Shown: piece after piece, positions 1 through 9,524 of the stretch | Layout of the letters: each line of letters begins with the position of its first letter | How positions within the stretch are numbered: position 1 is the stretch's first letter | Assembly: GCA_963422735.1 (NCBI GenBank) | Contig: OY730476.1 | Span: forward strand, 2,464,001-2,528,000 | Origin: Candidatus Latescibacterota bacterium | GTDB taxonomy: Bacteria > Latescibacterota > UBA2968 > UBA8231 | Length of the DNA stretch: 64,000 nucleotides | Direction of reading: 5' to 3' | Translations under genes and position numbers: made by a program | Notes under the pieces: model-generated | Database searches by the model: none | Seen by the model: only the letters and a program-made list of their open reading frames with translations | Told to the model about the DNA's origin: nothing

Positions 1-2
1 TC

Positions 3-761
3 CACGGCAGTCCCTGCGTCGGAGGCGAGTGCGACGACAGCGATTATTTTTACGCCCCCGGCAGTCAATGCTGGGTGGTATGGAGCGGACTCATCCCCCA
101 ATACCAAATCCCGGACCAGTCGTGGCACTCGTGGCCGATACCCGAAGCAGTGGATTTCCGCAGGGGAGGCTCGGGCGGTCTCCAGTTGTTTGTACCGGCG
201 CTGTGGGGTGTCATTGGGGACGAAGAGAGCCGGCAAGTGATGGCTATGGCCAGCTCTCCGGTGTCTGTCGGGGATAGGGAAATCCCCTCCTACATAGGGT
301 ATACGCGGGGTGCTGACACATACTACTTAGAGCCCTCGCTGACTCGTCACATTTCCAATCACGCCGACCGCTGGGAGCGGGAGGGTTACTCTGTCGACCT
401 CGACCGGGGCGAGGTATGCGAATACACCGTGGATATGGCGATGTTTCACGGTGTCACCAAGGAACATATCATCTCTTTGTACAGACTCACAGGAGATTAT
501 CTGCTATTGGATGAGCCGAGCCTGACCTTTGATAGCGGCAATGGTGGAAAGGCCGTCTTGAAAATGGATATTGGGGTATCGGCAGAAACCGAACTCATCG
601 CGCAGGATGCGACTAGCGGTGAGTCCCTTTTCACCAAGAGCTTGCTGCCGGGAAAGGTAGCGCGGGTTTCGGAGGAGATCCGGCTACTCGGAGAAGCGGA
701 AGCCGTCACTGTGATGCTCAGGAACGCAGCTGGGGACCAAGTTATACTAAGCAAAAAGTAG
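3..761 (+). CDS. hypothetical protein, 5' end outside the window
   Basis: Frame is open from base 3 (HGSPCVGGEC...) through the 75..761 ORF; no family recognised. Confidence 0.6.
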   Translation, partial: HGSPCVGGECDDSDYFYAPGSQCWVVWSGLIPQYQIPDQSWHSWPIPEAVDFRRGGSGGLQLFVPALWGVIGDEESRQVMAMASSPVSVGDREIPSYIGYTRGADTYYLEPSLTRHISNHADRWEREGYSVDLDRGEVCEYTVDMAMFHGVTKEHIISLYRLTGDYLLLDEPSLTFDSGNGGKAVLKMDIGVSAETELIAQDATSGESLFTKSLLPGKVARVSEEIRLLGEAEAVTVMLRNAAGDQVILSKK

Positions 762-831
762 AAATCGCAATTGTACGACGCAGGACAAAATTGCTGTGGG
801 GAAATCTGTTAATAGAGGGAGCCAGAGGAAG

Positions 832-2808
832 ATGAAAGAACAGAAGCGAAGAGAAACGAGAGTGGGAAACTCCTCTGGGGTAACGGCGAGAGCTTTTTTC
901 ACCGGTCTGGTGTGCTCGGCACTGGTAGGCGGGGGAACGCAGTACGGGGAAATCTTCCTCAGAAGTTCGCGCATGTCCGATGATTTCAGCACCGGCGGGG
1001 CTCTATTCATTTTCTTTTTTTTGGTGGCCGGCGTCAATGTGCTGTTGAAGCTCATGGGCCCCAGAGTGGCATTCACGCCGACGGAATTGATCCTTATCTA
1101 TGTGATGATGATGACTTCGTGCGCGATCACGGGAATGGGGCTGGCCCACTACCAGATTCCTCTAATGGCGACGCTGCCCTACTTTGCTACGCCCGAGAAC
1201 GACTGGGCGAGTCTGGTGGCCCCCTATGTCAGAGGATGGATGATCATCGAGGATCCACTGGCGTGCAAGTACTTCTTTGAGGGCCTGCCGCAAGGTGAGT
1301 CGATTCCGTGGGCTGTGTGGTTGAAGCCACTGGCCTACTGGAGCGTCTTCTTCGCCGCCTTCTACTTTGTGATGATCGCGCTGATGGTCATTCTGAGAAA
1401 GCAGTGGATAGAGCACGAAAGGCTGATATATCCCATCGTCAGGGTCCCCTTGGACATGATCGGTGAGAATAGCAGGGGCGGTCTATTGGCAGGGTTCTTC
1501 AAAAATCCCCTGATGTGGCTAGGTTTCGCCTTTGCTTCCTTCATCACTTCTTCCATTGGTCTCAATGCGTACTACGATTACTTGCCCTCACTCAATCCCC
1601 TCTATCCCGGCGTCACTATCTCGTTGCTGCGGGAATCGATCCAGTTGCGCTTTATGATCAGTTTCCCCGTGATGGGATTTGCCTATTTGATCAATCAGGA
1701 TGTGGCCTTCGGGCTCTGGTTTCTCGATGTTGTGGTCAAATGCCTAGACGGAGTATTCGATACCCTAGGGGTGTACCTACAATTGCGGGTCAATCACTAT
1801 GGCGGCAGTTCGGGGATATTCTCCTCGACCGCGGTCGGGGCGATGTTGATACTGGTGATCTATGGAGGATGGGTCGCTAGGGGCCACTTAAAAGATGTGT
1901 TTAGAAAGGCGTTTACCCCGGCTCCTGATGTGGATGATTCCGGCGAGATTCTCTCCTATCGGAGCGCGGTGATCGGCACCCTGGTGTCGGTGGTCGTCAT
2001 GCTCGTCTGGCTCAGGGCCGCCGGCTTACCTCTTTGGGCGGGGGGGCTGTTCTTGTTTATCGCCTTTGTGATCTTTATCGCCATTACTCGCATCGTGGTC
2101 GAGGGCGGTATGGCAGCGTGCCGGGCACCCCTGATCGCGCCCAATTTTATGCTCTATGCCGTAGGCACTCCGGCCTTGGGCACTCAGGGAGTGACGGCGC
2201 TGGGTTATACCTACGGGTGGTCTTCGGATATTCGGACCTTTTTGATGGCGTCGATTGCCAACGGGCTAAAGCTGCTGGACGACGAGCGTTTCGAGGGACG
2301 AAAGCGACCGGTGTTTGGCTGTATTATCGCGGCACTGGTCGTATCGCTGATCGTGTCGTTCGGGCTGATGCTCAGGCTAGTGTATGGGGTCGGGGGCGTG
2401 AACATCCACTCGTGGTTCTGCTTGGGAGCAAATTTGCTACCCTTCGACCTAGTATCGACGGTAGTCAGTCGACCGATTGACGTGACTTGGGGGATGTGGA
2501 TGAATATGGGCATTGGCGCCTCGCTCATGGGCCTACTGACGCTATTGCGGCACAAGTTTCTGGGGTGGCCTCTCCATCCGCTGGGATTGACTGTTGCCGG
2601 TAGCCGGGTGATGGACTGGACTTGGTTCAGCATCTTTCTGGCTTGGTTGATCAAGGTCATCGCGTTGCGCTATGGTGGCCCCAAGATGTTTAGGGCCCTG
2701 CGCCCCTTCTTTTTAGGAATGGTACTAGGACAATTCGTCTCGGCAGGTATGTGGACAGTGATTGATGGGCTCACCGGCATGACCGACAATATGATATTTG
2801 TAATTTGA
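832..2808 (+). CDS. DUF6785/DUF6784-like polytopic membrane protein, putative OPT-like transporter
   Basis: Many TM segments; motifs YFATPENDW, LRKQWIEHERLIYP, WPLHPLG, RYGG...RPFFLG; ATG 832 after GAGGAAG. Confidence 0.75.
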   Translation: MKEQKRRETRVGNSSGVTARAFFTGLVCSALVGGGTQYGEIFLRSSRMSDDFSTGGALFIFFFLVAGVNVLLKLMGPRVAFTPTELILIYVMMMTSCAITGMGLAHYQIPLMATLPYFATPENDWASLVAPYVRGWMIIEDPLACKYFFEGLPQGESIPWAVWLKPLAYWSVFFAAFYFVMIALMVILRKQWIEHERLIYPIVRVPLDMIGENSRGGLLAGFFKNPLMWLGFAFASFITSSIGLNAYYDYLPSLNPLYPGVTISLLRESIQLRFMISFPVMGFAYLINQDVAFGLWFLDVVVKCLDGVFDTLGVYLQLRVNHYGGSSGIFSSTAVGAMLILVIYGGWVARGHLKDVFRKAFTPAPDVDDSGEILSYRSAVIGTLVSVVVMLVWLRAAGLPLWAGGLFLFIAFVIFIAITRIVVEGGMAACRAPLIAPNFMLYAVGTPALGTQGVTALGYTYGWSSDIRTFLMASIANGLKLLDDERFEGRKRPVFGCIIAALVVSLIVSFGLMLRLVYGVGGVNIHSWFCLGANLLPFDLVSTVVSRPIDVTWGMWMNMGIGASLMGLLTLLRHKFLGWPLHPLGLTVAGSRVMDWTWFSIFLAWLIKVIALRYGGPKMFRALRPFFLGMVLGQFVSAGMWTVIDGLTGMTDNMIFVI

Positions 2809-2895
2809 GTCCAGGATTGTTGGCAGATAGAAGACCCGGCTCTATTCCGGCTTATGGTGTAATGCTGTAACCTGTGAAAATCAATTTTGTAATTG

Positions 2896-3028
2896 AGAAG
2901 TTATCTCATAAATGCTAGCAACCCCGTAGGGATAGGCTCCTACGCCTAGCCCAACAAAGGACGACCACAGAGACCGAAGAGGCCGATCCCTACATAAGCG
3001 ACGTATTCAGGGTTATCATATAGCTTCT
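2896..3028. repeat. nested inverted-repeat element (REP/MITE-like)
   Basis: Outer IR 2896-2911/3013-3028 (13 of 16 match); inner GTAGGGATAGGC 2926-2937 / GCCGATCCCTAC 2982-2993 (11 of 12). Confidence 0.55.
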
Positions 3029-3128
3029 GATACTCTTTTTGGCAGTTAGGATAAATTCAATAACGCAAAGGAATGTGAGTCGCATTTCGAGTTCGACGAC
3101 GGATGTAGATTTGATAGAAAGGAAACAA

Positions 3129-4418
3129 ATGACCAATAATTGGCTCACGGGAATTTATCTGACTACGGATGTGGTGCTCAAATACCCCGATTATGTCGAG
3201 CGGCTGCGCGATGAGATCGGTCTGAATACGGTGGTTCTCTCCTTTACAGGCCAGCTATCGGAGGAGGTGCTCGCCCTCAGTCCCTATGGGAGACGTACGC
3301 CGACAGAAGTGGAACTGAGCAAGCTCGTTATACGGCATTTCGATGGTCGGCCCATAGACCCACGGGAATACCAGCAGGCCCAGGCCCTGTGCGGTCCCGG
3401 CGTTGGATCCCAAGGCGACGACAAAGCGTTCAGAAGGGCTGTGGGACAGCTAAAGGAGGCAGACCTGAATGTGTGGACGTGCGGAGGAGCTTGGACGATC
3501 CGCCGTCTCATGTTCTGTCCATCGCGGGAGGACGTGCAAGACTGGATTGAAGCCGTGTGCGTGTACTGGGCGACCCAGTACGATCTCGACGCGCTCGACA
3601 TCACCCACTTCCGCTATCCGATGGGCAGTTTTCCCCTAGGACTTTTTGGCTGCACCTGTTCTTCTTGCACAGCCGCCGCCCAAGAGCTTGGCTACGACAT
3701 GGGAACGATGGTGGAGGACTTGAAGCGTGCCCGGGAGGGACTGCGCCGACTCGACGGTGCTCGCCTCGGCGAAGTAATCCGTCTCGGGGTTGGTTTCTTT
3801 GATGTGGTCCACGCGCTCGGTCTGAGGTCGGGGGTACTCGACTGGGTCCGCTTCCGCTGCGACCTGATCGCTCGCAATCTGGCTCGCTTTCGGGCGGCGG
3901 TGCATGCAGCGGCTCCTAGCAAGGTCTTTGGCACCGACACCTACCCGGCCTCCATGGCACTGACGGCGGGCCACGATTACCGGCGCTGGGGTGAGATGGC
4001 CGATTTTGCTAGCCCGCTGGTGTCCCACATTTCCGCCTTTGTCTGCAACACGTTCATCGAGTGGGCCCGCTTTTTGCAGGAGGAGATTCCCAACCTGCAG
4101 GAAGAGGATGCTCTGCAGCTTATCTATCGATTTACGGGGTACGACGGCATGGGGTTGCCGGAGACCATAGCCGCATACGGTGCTGACGAGCCGGCGACGC
4201 TAGCCTATCGGATACCCACGGCCGACTTGGTTTTGCGGGATTTAGCGAAGGCGAAACTGTACCTACCGGCGGACATGCCCTCCTATCCGATTATCCACGG
4301 AGAGGGTTGGCCACCAGAGGCAATTGACCGCATCGCCGACGAAGTACGTCGGCTGGGGCATAGTGGTATCGTATGGCAGGGCACTGCCGAACTGATGGAG
4401 TACGACTTCAAGCGCTAA
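3129..4418 (+). CDS. hypothetical protein, possible glycoside-hydrolase-like TIM barrel with Cys motif
   Basis: Long ORF; FCPS..DV, YDLDALDITHFRYP, GCTCSSC resemble DUF187/GHL10-like proteins; ATG 3129 after AAAGGAAA. Confidence 0.6.
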   Translation: MTNNWLTGIYLTTDVVLKYPDYVERLRDEIGLNTVVLSFTGQLSEEVLALSPYGRRTPTEVELSKLVIRHFDGRPIDPREYQQAQALCGPGVGSQGDDKAFRRAVGQLKEADLNVWTCGGAWTIRRLMFCPSREDVQDWIEAVCVYWATQYDLDALDITHFRYPMGSFPLGLFGCTCSSCTAAAQELGYDMGTMVEDLKRAREGLRRLDGARLGEVIRLGVGFFDVVHALGLRSGVLDWVRFRCDLIARNLARFRAAVHAAAPSKVFGTDTYPASMALTAGHDYRRWGEMADFASPLVSHISAFVCNTFIEWARFLQEEIPNLQEEDALQLIYRFTGYDGMGLPETIAAYGADEPATLAYRIPTADLVLRDLAKAKLYLPADMPSYPIIHGEGWPPEAIDRIADEVRRLGHSGIVWQGTAELMEYDFKR

Positions 4419-4865
4419 GAAGGTGCGTCAAATCATCGGCCCGCATTTATTAAGGCCCAAATCGTCCGAAAAGACCGGTGTAATCGAAGTGGACCAGCGC
4501 TTTGGTCAGCGTTTAGGAAACAAGGGGCATAGATATGTGGGAAATAATTAAAAGCGGCCGATGATGGTGCCCCTGATCGGCCGTGCTACTTTGTCCCTAG
4601 CCTATTCGATTGAGCACTTGTGGATTTCTGAGCAATTGCCTACCCCTCAACAAGCCTAAGCCGAGTTGGACCGGCCGAACAAGTGCTGCGACAGGGGGGA
4701 CCACCGCCGTAGTCGAAGTGTGCAATCGCGGCAAGGGGCTGCTCAATCTCGCGTTTGACTTGCTGCTGAAACGTTACGATACGCTGCTGATTGAACAGCT
4801 AGAGGAGAATTTTGCAATCAGTTCTAGTTTCATATGGCCTAACAGCCAACATCAGGAGGACGATC

Positions 4866-5801
4866 ATGCTCATAGCCACCAGCAATCAGGTCTTCACTCT
4901 GGAGGGGGAAACGCCCACGCAATGCTTGGCCATCGACGGCATCCGCTGCCTAGACGAGGGCGTCCATTGTTCCGCAATTGGTTTGGCCAATGGTCAAGTA
5001 GTTGTCTTGATCGACGGCCAAGCCCAACCGCAAGCTAATAGCATCGGCGATTCAGTGGAGTGCATCGCCTTGTTGTCCGAGGAGCCGCTGCAAGTGCTGC
5101 TGGGCACCGAGCCGCCCCGCGTGTACCGTCTCGACGGCGATGGCGAGCCGGCGAGCCGGGTAGAATCTTTTGACGCTTTGGAATGTCGCCAAAGCTGGTA
5201 CACGCCTTGGGGCGGGCCACCGGCTGTGCGCAGTTTGGCGCGCAGTGGTGACTGGGTTTTTGCCGATATCCACGTCGGCAGCATCATGCGCTCCCCCGAC
5301 CGCGGCGCTACCTGGGAGCCGGTGACTCCGGACTTGCACGCCGATGTGCATCAGGTAGCCACCGCCCCTAGCCGCGTAGGACGCTTGTACGCCAATACTG
5401 CGGACGCGGTTTTTGCCAGCGACGACTACGGCCGTTCTTGGCAGCATCGGATGGAGGGATTGGAAAACCGCTATGGCCGCGCCTTAGCGGTCCACCCGCG
5501 CGATCCCGACTGCCTGCTGGCCAGCGTCAGCAAAGGGCCTAGTGGTCGCGGGGATGTGCAGGGCAAGCTCTATTATTCAAGTGACGCGGGGCACTCTTGG
5601 ACCCGGGCACTTGCCGGCTTCCCCGAGGTCAGGGGCAATATCGACACCTTTCACATCGCCTTTGACGCCGAGGGGATTGCTTGGGTCGCGGTGGAGAATC
5701 AGCTCTATCGCAGTGAGGATAGAGGCGAGAGTTGGTCTGAATTTTGGCGAGCACCCGCTGCCATGGTCGCCTTGGCCTGCGCCCGCTTAAACGAGGTCTG
5801 A
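4866..5801 (+). CDS. BNR/Asp-box beta-propeller protein
   Basis: Repeated SxDxGxxW boxes (SPDRGATW, SDDYGRSW, SSDAGHSW, SEDRGESW); RBS CAGGAGGA. Confidence 0.8.
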   Translation: MLIATSNQVFTLEGETPTQCLAIDGIRCLDEGVHCSAIGLANGQVVVLIDGQAQPQANSIGDSVECIALLSEEPLQVLLGTEPPRVYRLDGDGEPASRVESFDALECRQSWYTPWGGPPAVRSLARSGDWVFADIHVGSIMRSPDRGATWEPVTPDLHADVHQVATAPSRVGRLYANTADAVFASDDYGRSWQHRMEGLENRYGRALAVHPRDPDCLLASVSKGPSGRGDVQGKLYYSSDAGHSWTRALAGFPEVRGNIDTFHIAFDAEGIAWVAVENQLYRSEDRGESWSEFWRAPAAMVALACARLNEV

Positions 5802-5803
5802 AC

Positions 5804-7174
5804 ATGCAACTCCTTCTGACGCTGTTGATGCTAGCCAGTCATTCTACTGCTGGGAGCATGCGTTCGCACTGGCCTGAGTACCACGTAAATCCATTCGTCA
5901 TCCAATTGGACATTCCCGGCCCTACGAACTCTGCCGGCGGCCTCATTGTCGCCGATCTGAATGGCGATGGACGCATGGATTACTTGGTCACCGTTCCAAA
6001 TTACCTTACGGCTCATATCCACGATGGCCGCAAACTCTGGGCAATCGAAACCGACCTCTTGATAGGCGGCTCCGCAGAAAGCATCGGCCTACCCGGCCAT
6101 CACGGTCCAGGTATTCAGGTTACAGACACCGATGGGGATGAACGGGTCGAAGTGCTGTTCCTTACCAAGGATGGCACACTCCACGTAATTGATGGTGCGA
6201 CAGGGCTTGAGCAGTGGGCAGCACAGCCTCCCATTCCCAAAGGGGTCCAACGATGGGAGCATTTGGTCGTAGCTAATTTCCAAGGCGCGGGGGATCGAGA
6301 TATACTCCTCCAAGCCACCAATGCCGAAGGCTACCGCATGGGGCGCTTTCTAGCGGCCTATCGGCTGGCCGATCTCCGTCGCGGACATTTTGCCCCCCTG
6401 TGGGAACGCGACGACTTCGTCTCCTGCGCCCACAACGGCGCACGGCTGGCGGATCTGAATAGAGATGGGCAAGACGAGGTAATCGGCGGCACGGTCGTCT
6501 CTGCCGATGGCAAAATTTTACTGCGAATTCCCTTAAAAGGTCACATTGACTCGATCTTCATCTGCGACGTGCTACCCAAGGTCCCGGGCTTGGAAATCGT
6601 CGCTTTGGAAGAAGGGGGCGGCAATCGCATTTTCCTCTATAACCACGAACAGATCTTCTGGGAAACGCACTTTCGCCATCAAGAACCTCAGAATGCGGTA
6701 ATCGGCGAGTTCGACCTCGAACAGCCGGGCCTAGAGATATGGTGTCGGAGCCGCTATAACGAGCATCAGAAGCCTTTTGTTTTTGACGCACGGGGAGCAA
6801 AGATCGCCGATTACCAGATGGACGATGTAGCACCCGAGGGCTGGACCAAAAGAGGGGTCGAGGTCATCCACAAAATTGATTGGATCGGTGACCGCAAACA
6901 ACTGGCCGCAGCCAAAGAACGCCATACCGCCGGGGATATTGGCATCTTCGATCCAATTAGCGGGCGATTTCTCCACCGCTTCGAGGAAAAGGCCGACCGG
7001 CTCTATGTCGGGGATGTGGCTGGCGATTGGCGCGAAGAGCTAATCGTCTTGCACGGCAACCAACTCCACATCTACTTCAATGAGTCCGAGAATCGGGATT
7101 CTGATCGTCCGAGACTGTGGTCGCAAGACCACTACCGCCGCAGCAAGATGACTTGGAACTACTATAGTCCGTAA
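5804..7174 (+). CDS. secreted FG-GAP repeat protein, PL11/YesW-like propeller
   Basis: Signal peptide MQLLLTLLMLASHSTA; ADLNGDGRMD, DLNRDGQDEV, GDVAGDWREE motifs. Confidence 0.7.
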   Translation: MQLLLTLLMLASHSTAGSMRSHWPEYHVNPFVIQLDIPGPTNSAGGLIVADLNGDGRMDYLVTVPNYLTAHIHDGRKLWAIETDLLIGGSAESIGLPGHHGPGIQVTDTDGDERVEVLFLTKDGTLHVIDGATGLEQWAAQPPIPKGVQRWEHLVVANFQGAGDRDILLQATNAEGYRMGRFLAAYRLADLRRGHFAPLWERDDFVSCAHNGARLADLNRDGQDEVIGGTVVSADGKILLRIPLKGHIDSIFICDVLPKVPGLEIVALEEGGGNRIFLYNHEQIFWETHFRHQEPQNAVIGEFDLEQPGLEIWCRSRYNEHQKPFVFDARGAKIADYQMDDVAPEGWTKRGVEVIHKIDWIGDRKQLAAAKERHTAGDIGIFDPISGRFLHRFEEKADRLYVGDVAGDWREELIVLHGNQLHIYFNESENRDSDRPRLWSQDHYRRSKMTWNYYSP

Positions 7175-7186
7175 GATCGGGACACC

Positions 7187-8200
7187 ATGTCGATTCTACC
7201 GGGAAAAAACAGTGATTTTCTCAAGATCGCGGTCGCTGCCGCCGGGCGCGGCGACCTCCAAACGGTCCAAGCCGTATTGGCGCAGAAGCCAGCGTGGATC
7301 AGCCGCGTTGGTTCGCATGGCCGCACCATGTTGTGGGAAGCCGCGTACCGGGGGCGGCTCGCCATGGTCGATTACCTGCTCGATCAAGGCGCTGACATCC
7401 ACGCCTGCGGCTGTCACTTCACGCCGCTGCTAGTCGAAATCTCTCCCTACTGTGCCGCCCGTTACAAGCGCCATGATGCGGTCGCTGACCGGCTGCTAAC
7501 ACGCGGTGCATCAAGCGATATATACACCGCCGCCTTTCTCGGTGATGGCGATGCGGTCGCCGACTACCTCGACCGAGAACCGGAACTGGCAACGGCCGAG
7601 AAAGCGCAGCACGATTCCAGTCGGGGCATGACGGTTTTGCACTACGCCGTCAGTGCCGGGCACCTCAACGTCCTCTCGATGCTGTTGGCGCGGGATGCCG
7701 ATCCGCGGCCATACAGCGGCTGGCTGATTCGCTTTGCCGTGTGGCGGGATCGCGCCGATATCCTCAAGGCTCTGCTCGACGCCGGGGCCGATCCGACCCA
7801 CGCCGAGGCCCCTCGCTCCGGCATCGTCAATGCCGAGATCATCGAATTGTTGACCGCTCGCGGCGTCTCAGTGGATGTGGACCATGCCGAGGGCGGCTGG
7901 CCGCCCCTTGTCTTTCAGGCACGCGGTGATCGGGGCGGCAATGCCCAACGCGTGCGCGAGCTGCTCGACTGCGGTGCTAACGTCAATGTCAGGAATCACA
8001 AGGGCCAGACGGCCTTGCACTGCGCCGCCAAAGCAGGGTTCGACCCAATCGTTGCCTTGCTGCTCGACCGCGGGGCCGAAGTCAACGCCAAAGACGACAA
8101 AGGTGCAACGCCGTTGGCGACCGCATTGCGCTCAAAGGTGAAAGACAGGAATAGACTCGCGGCCGTCATCGACCTGCTCACCGATGCTGGTGGCGTTTGA
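7187..8200 (+). CDS. ankyrin repeat protein
   Basis: GQTALHCAAKAG...LLDRGAEVNAKDDKGATPL and further ANK repeats. Confidence 0.9.
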   Translation: MSILPGKNSDFLKIAVAAAGRGDLQTVQAVLAQKPAWISRVGSHGRTMLWEAAYRGRLAMVDYLLDQGADIHACGCHFTPLLVEISPYCAARYKRHDAVADRLLTRGASSDIYTAAFLGDGDAVADYLDREPELATAEKAQHDSSRGMTVLHYAVSAGHLNVLSMLLARDADPRPYSGWLIRFAVWRDRADILKALLDAGADPTHAEAPRSGIVNAEIIELLTARGVSVDVDHAEGGWPPLVFQARGDRGGNAQRVRELLDCGANVNVRNHKGQTALHCAAKAGFDPIVALLLDRGAEVNAKDDKGATPLATALRSKVKDRNRLAAVIDLLTDAGGV

Positions 8201-8293
8201 GAATTGGCTGAAGGAACATAGATAGCCTGCACAGTGGGTACACATTGCTGACGCTCGTCCCTTGCATCCGACGACACAATTAATGTTTTATAC

Positions 8294-8330
8294 ATAAACC
8301 TTAATAACAACGAGAGTTATTAAGGTTTAT
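8294..8330. promoter_or_regulatory. perfect 15-bp inverted repeat upstream of the Fic gene, putative operator
   Basis: ATAAACCTTAATAAC-N7-GTTATTAAGGTTTAT, 30 nt before ATG 8361. Confidence 0.6.
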
Positions 8331-8360
8331 TTGATAAGCACTTAACGAGGGGATCGCTCC

Positions 8361-9500
8361 ATGAAACGCGGTGAAACCGGCCGGTACGAAAGTACGACCG
8401 TTGGCGATGAGACGGTGCGGGCTTTCGTGCCTGCGCCGCTTCCGCCCACGCCTGCGCTGGATCGGGTAGCTCTGCAAGGATCGTTGGAGAAAGCATTGCT
8501 AGCGCTGGGCCGGTTGGACAGCCTCTCCGCGTTGCTGCCCGACGCTCACCTTTTCCTTTATACCTATGTTCGCAAGGAGGCCGTGCTGTCCTCCCAGATC
8601 GAAGGTACCCAGTCCTCACTGTCGGATCTTCTGTTGTTTGAACTAGAGGAGATGCCAGGTATCCCCCTCGACGATGTTGTCGAGGTCTCGAATTATGTGG
8701 CGGCACTAGAATATGGATTGCGCCGGATACGCGAGGGATTCCCGCTCTGCAATCGCCTCATCCGCGAGACCCATGCCGAGTTGCTCGCACGGGGCCGCGG
8801 CAGCGACAAAACCCCAGGTGAATTCCGGCACTCACAAAACTGGATTGGCGGCAGTCGGCCCGCAACGGCGCGCTTTGTGCCCGCGCCGGCACACGCCGTT
8901 GCGGAGTGCATGTCGGACTTAGAGCGATTCCTCCATATAGAGGATTGCAGATTGCCCGCGCTCCTGCGGGCGGGACTCGCCCACGTCCAATTCGAGACCA
9001 TCCATCCCTTCCTCGACGGCAACGGACGAGTCGGCCGCCTGCTGATCGCATTCCTGTTATGTCACGACGGTGTGCTGCGCGAGCCGCTGCTATATTTAAG
9101 CCTCTACTTCAAACAGCACCGAGAGAGCTAGTACGACCTCCTCAATGATGTACGGAAAAACGGTGCCTGGGAAGCGTGGCTCGCGTTCTTTCTCGACGGC
9201 GTGACGCAAACCGCGGAGGGAGCCGTCTCGACCGCACAGCGGTTGCTTTCTCTGTTTCAGAAAGACCAAGTAAAGATACAACAGACAGGTCGTGCGGCAG
9301 GGTCGGCGCTGCGCGTCCACCAGGCTTTGCAGGAGCACCCGATTGCGTCGCTCCAAGAACTTGCCAAGCGCACGGAACTTTCGTTCCCCGCGGTTACCGC
9401 CGGAATCCAGATACTCGAACGGATCAGAGTGGTGCGCGAATTGACGGGCAAGAAGCGAAACCGGCTTTTCGGCTATGATCAATATCTTACCATCCCTAAC
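8361..9500 (+). pseudogene. Fic family protein (Fic_N + Fic + HTH) with in-frame TAG at 9129-9131
   Basis: EAVLSSQIEG and HPFLDGNGRVGR; homology continues in frame after the TAG (YDLLNDVRKNGAWEAW...RELTGKKRNRLFGY). Confidence 0.85.
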
Positions 9501-9524
9501 CGCCGGTCTAATAGGAAAAGGAAA

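Noticed and set aside
4432-4584. ATCATCGGCC / GGCCGATGAT inverted repeat and CGGCCGAT hairpin
   Set aside because: Short and GC-rich with no second copy seen; cannot be distinguished from chance or a simple terminator.
9201-9524. N-terminal extension of the PhyH protein
   Set aside because: It is the Fic C-terminus; PhyH has its own RBS and ATG at 9525.
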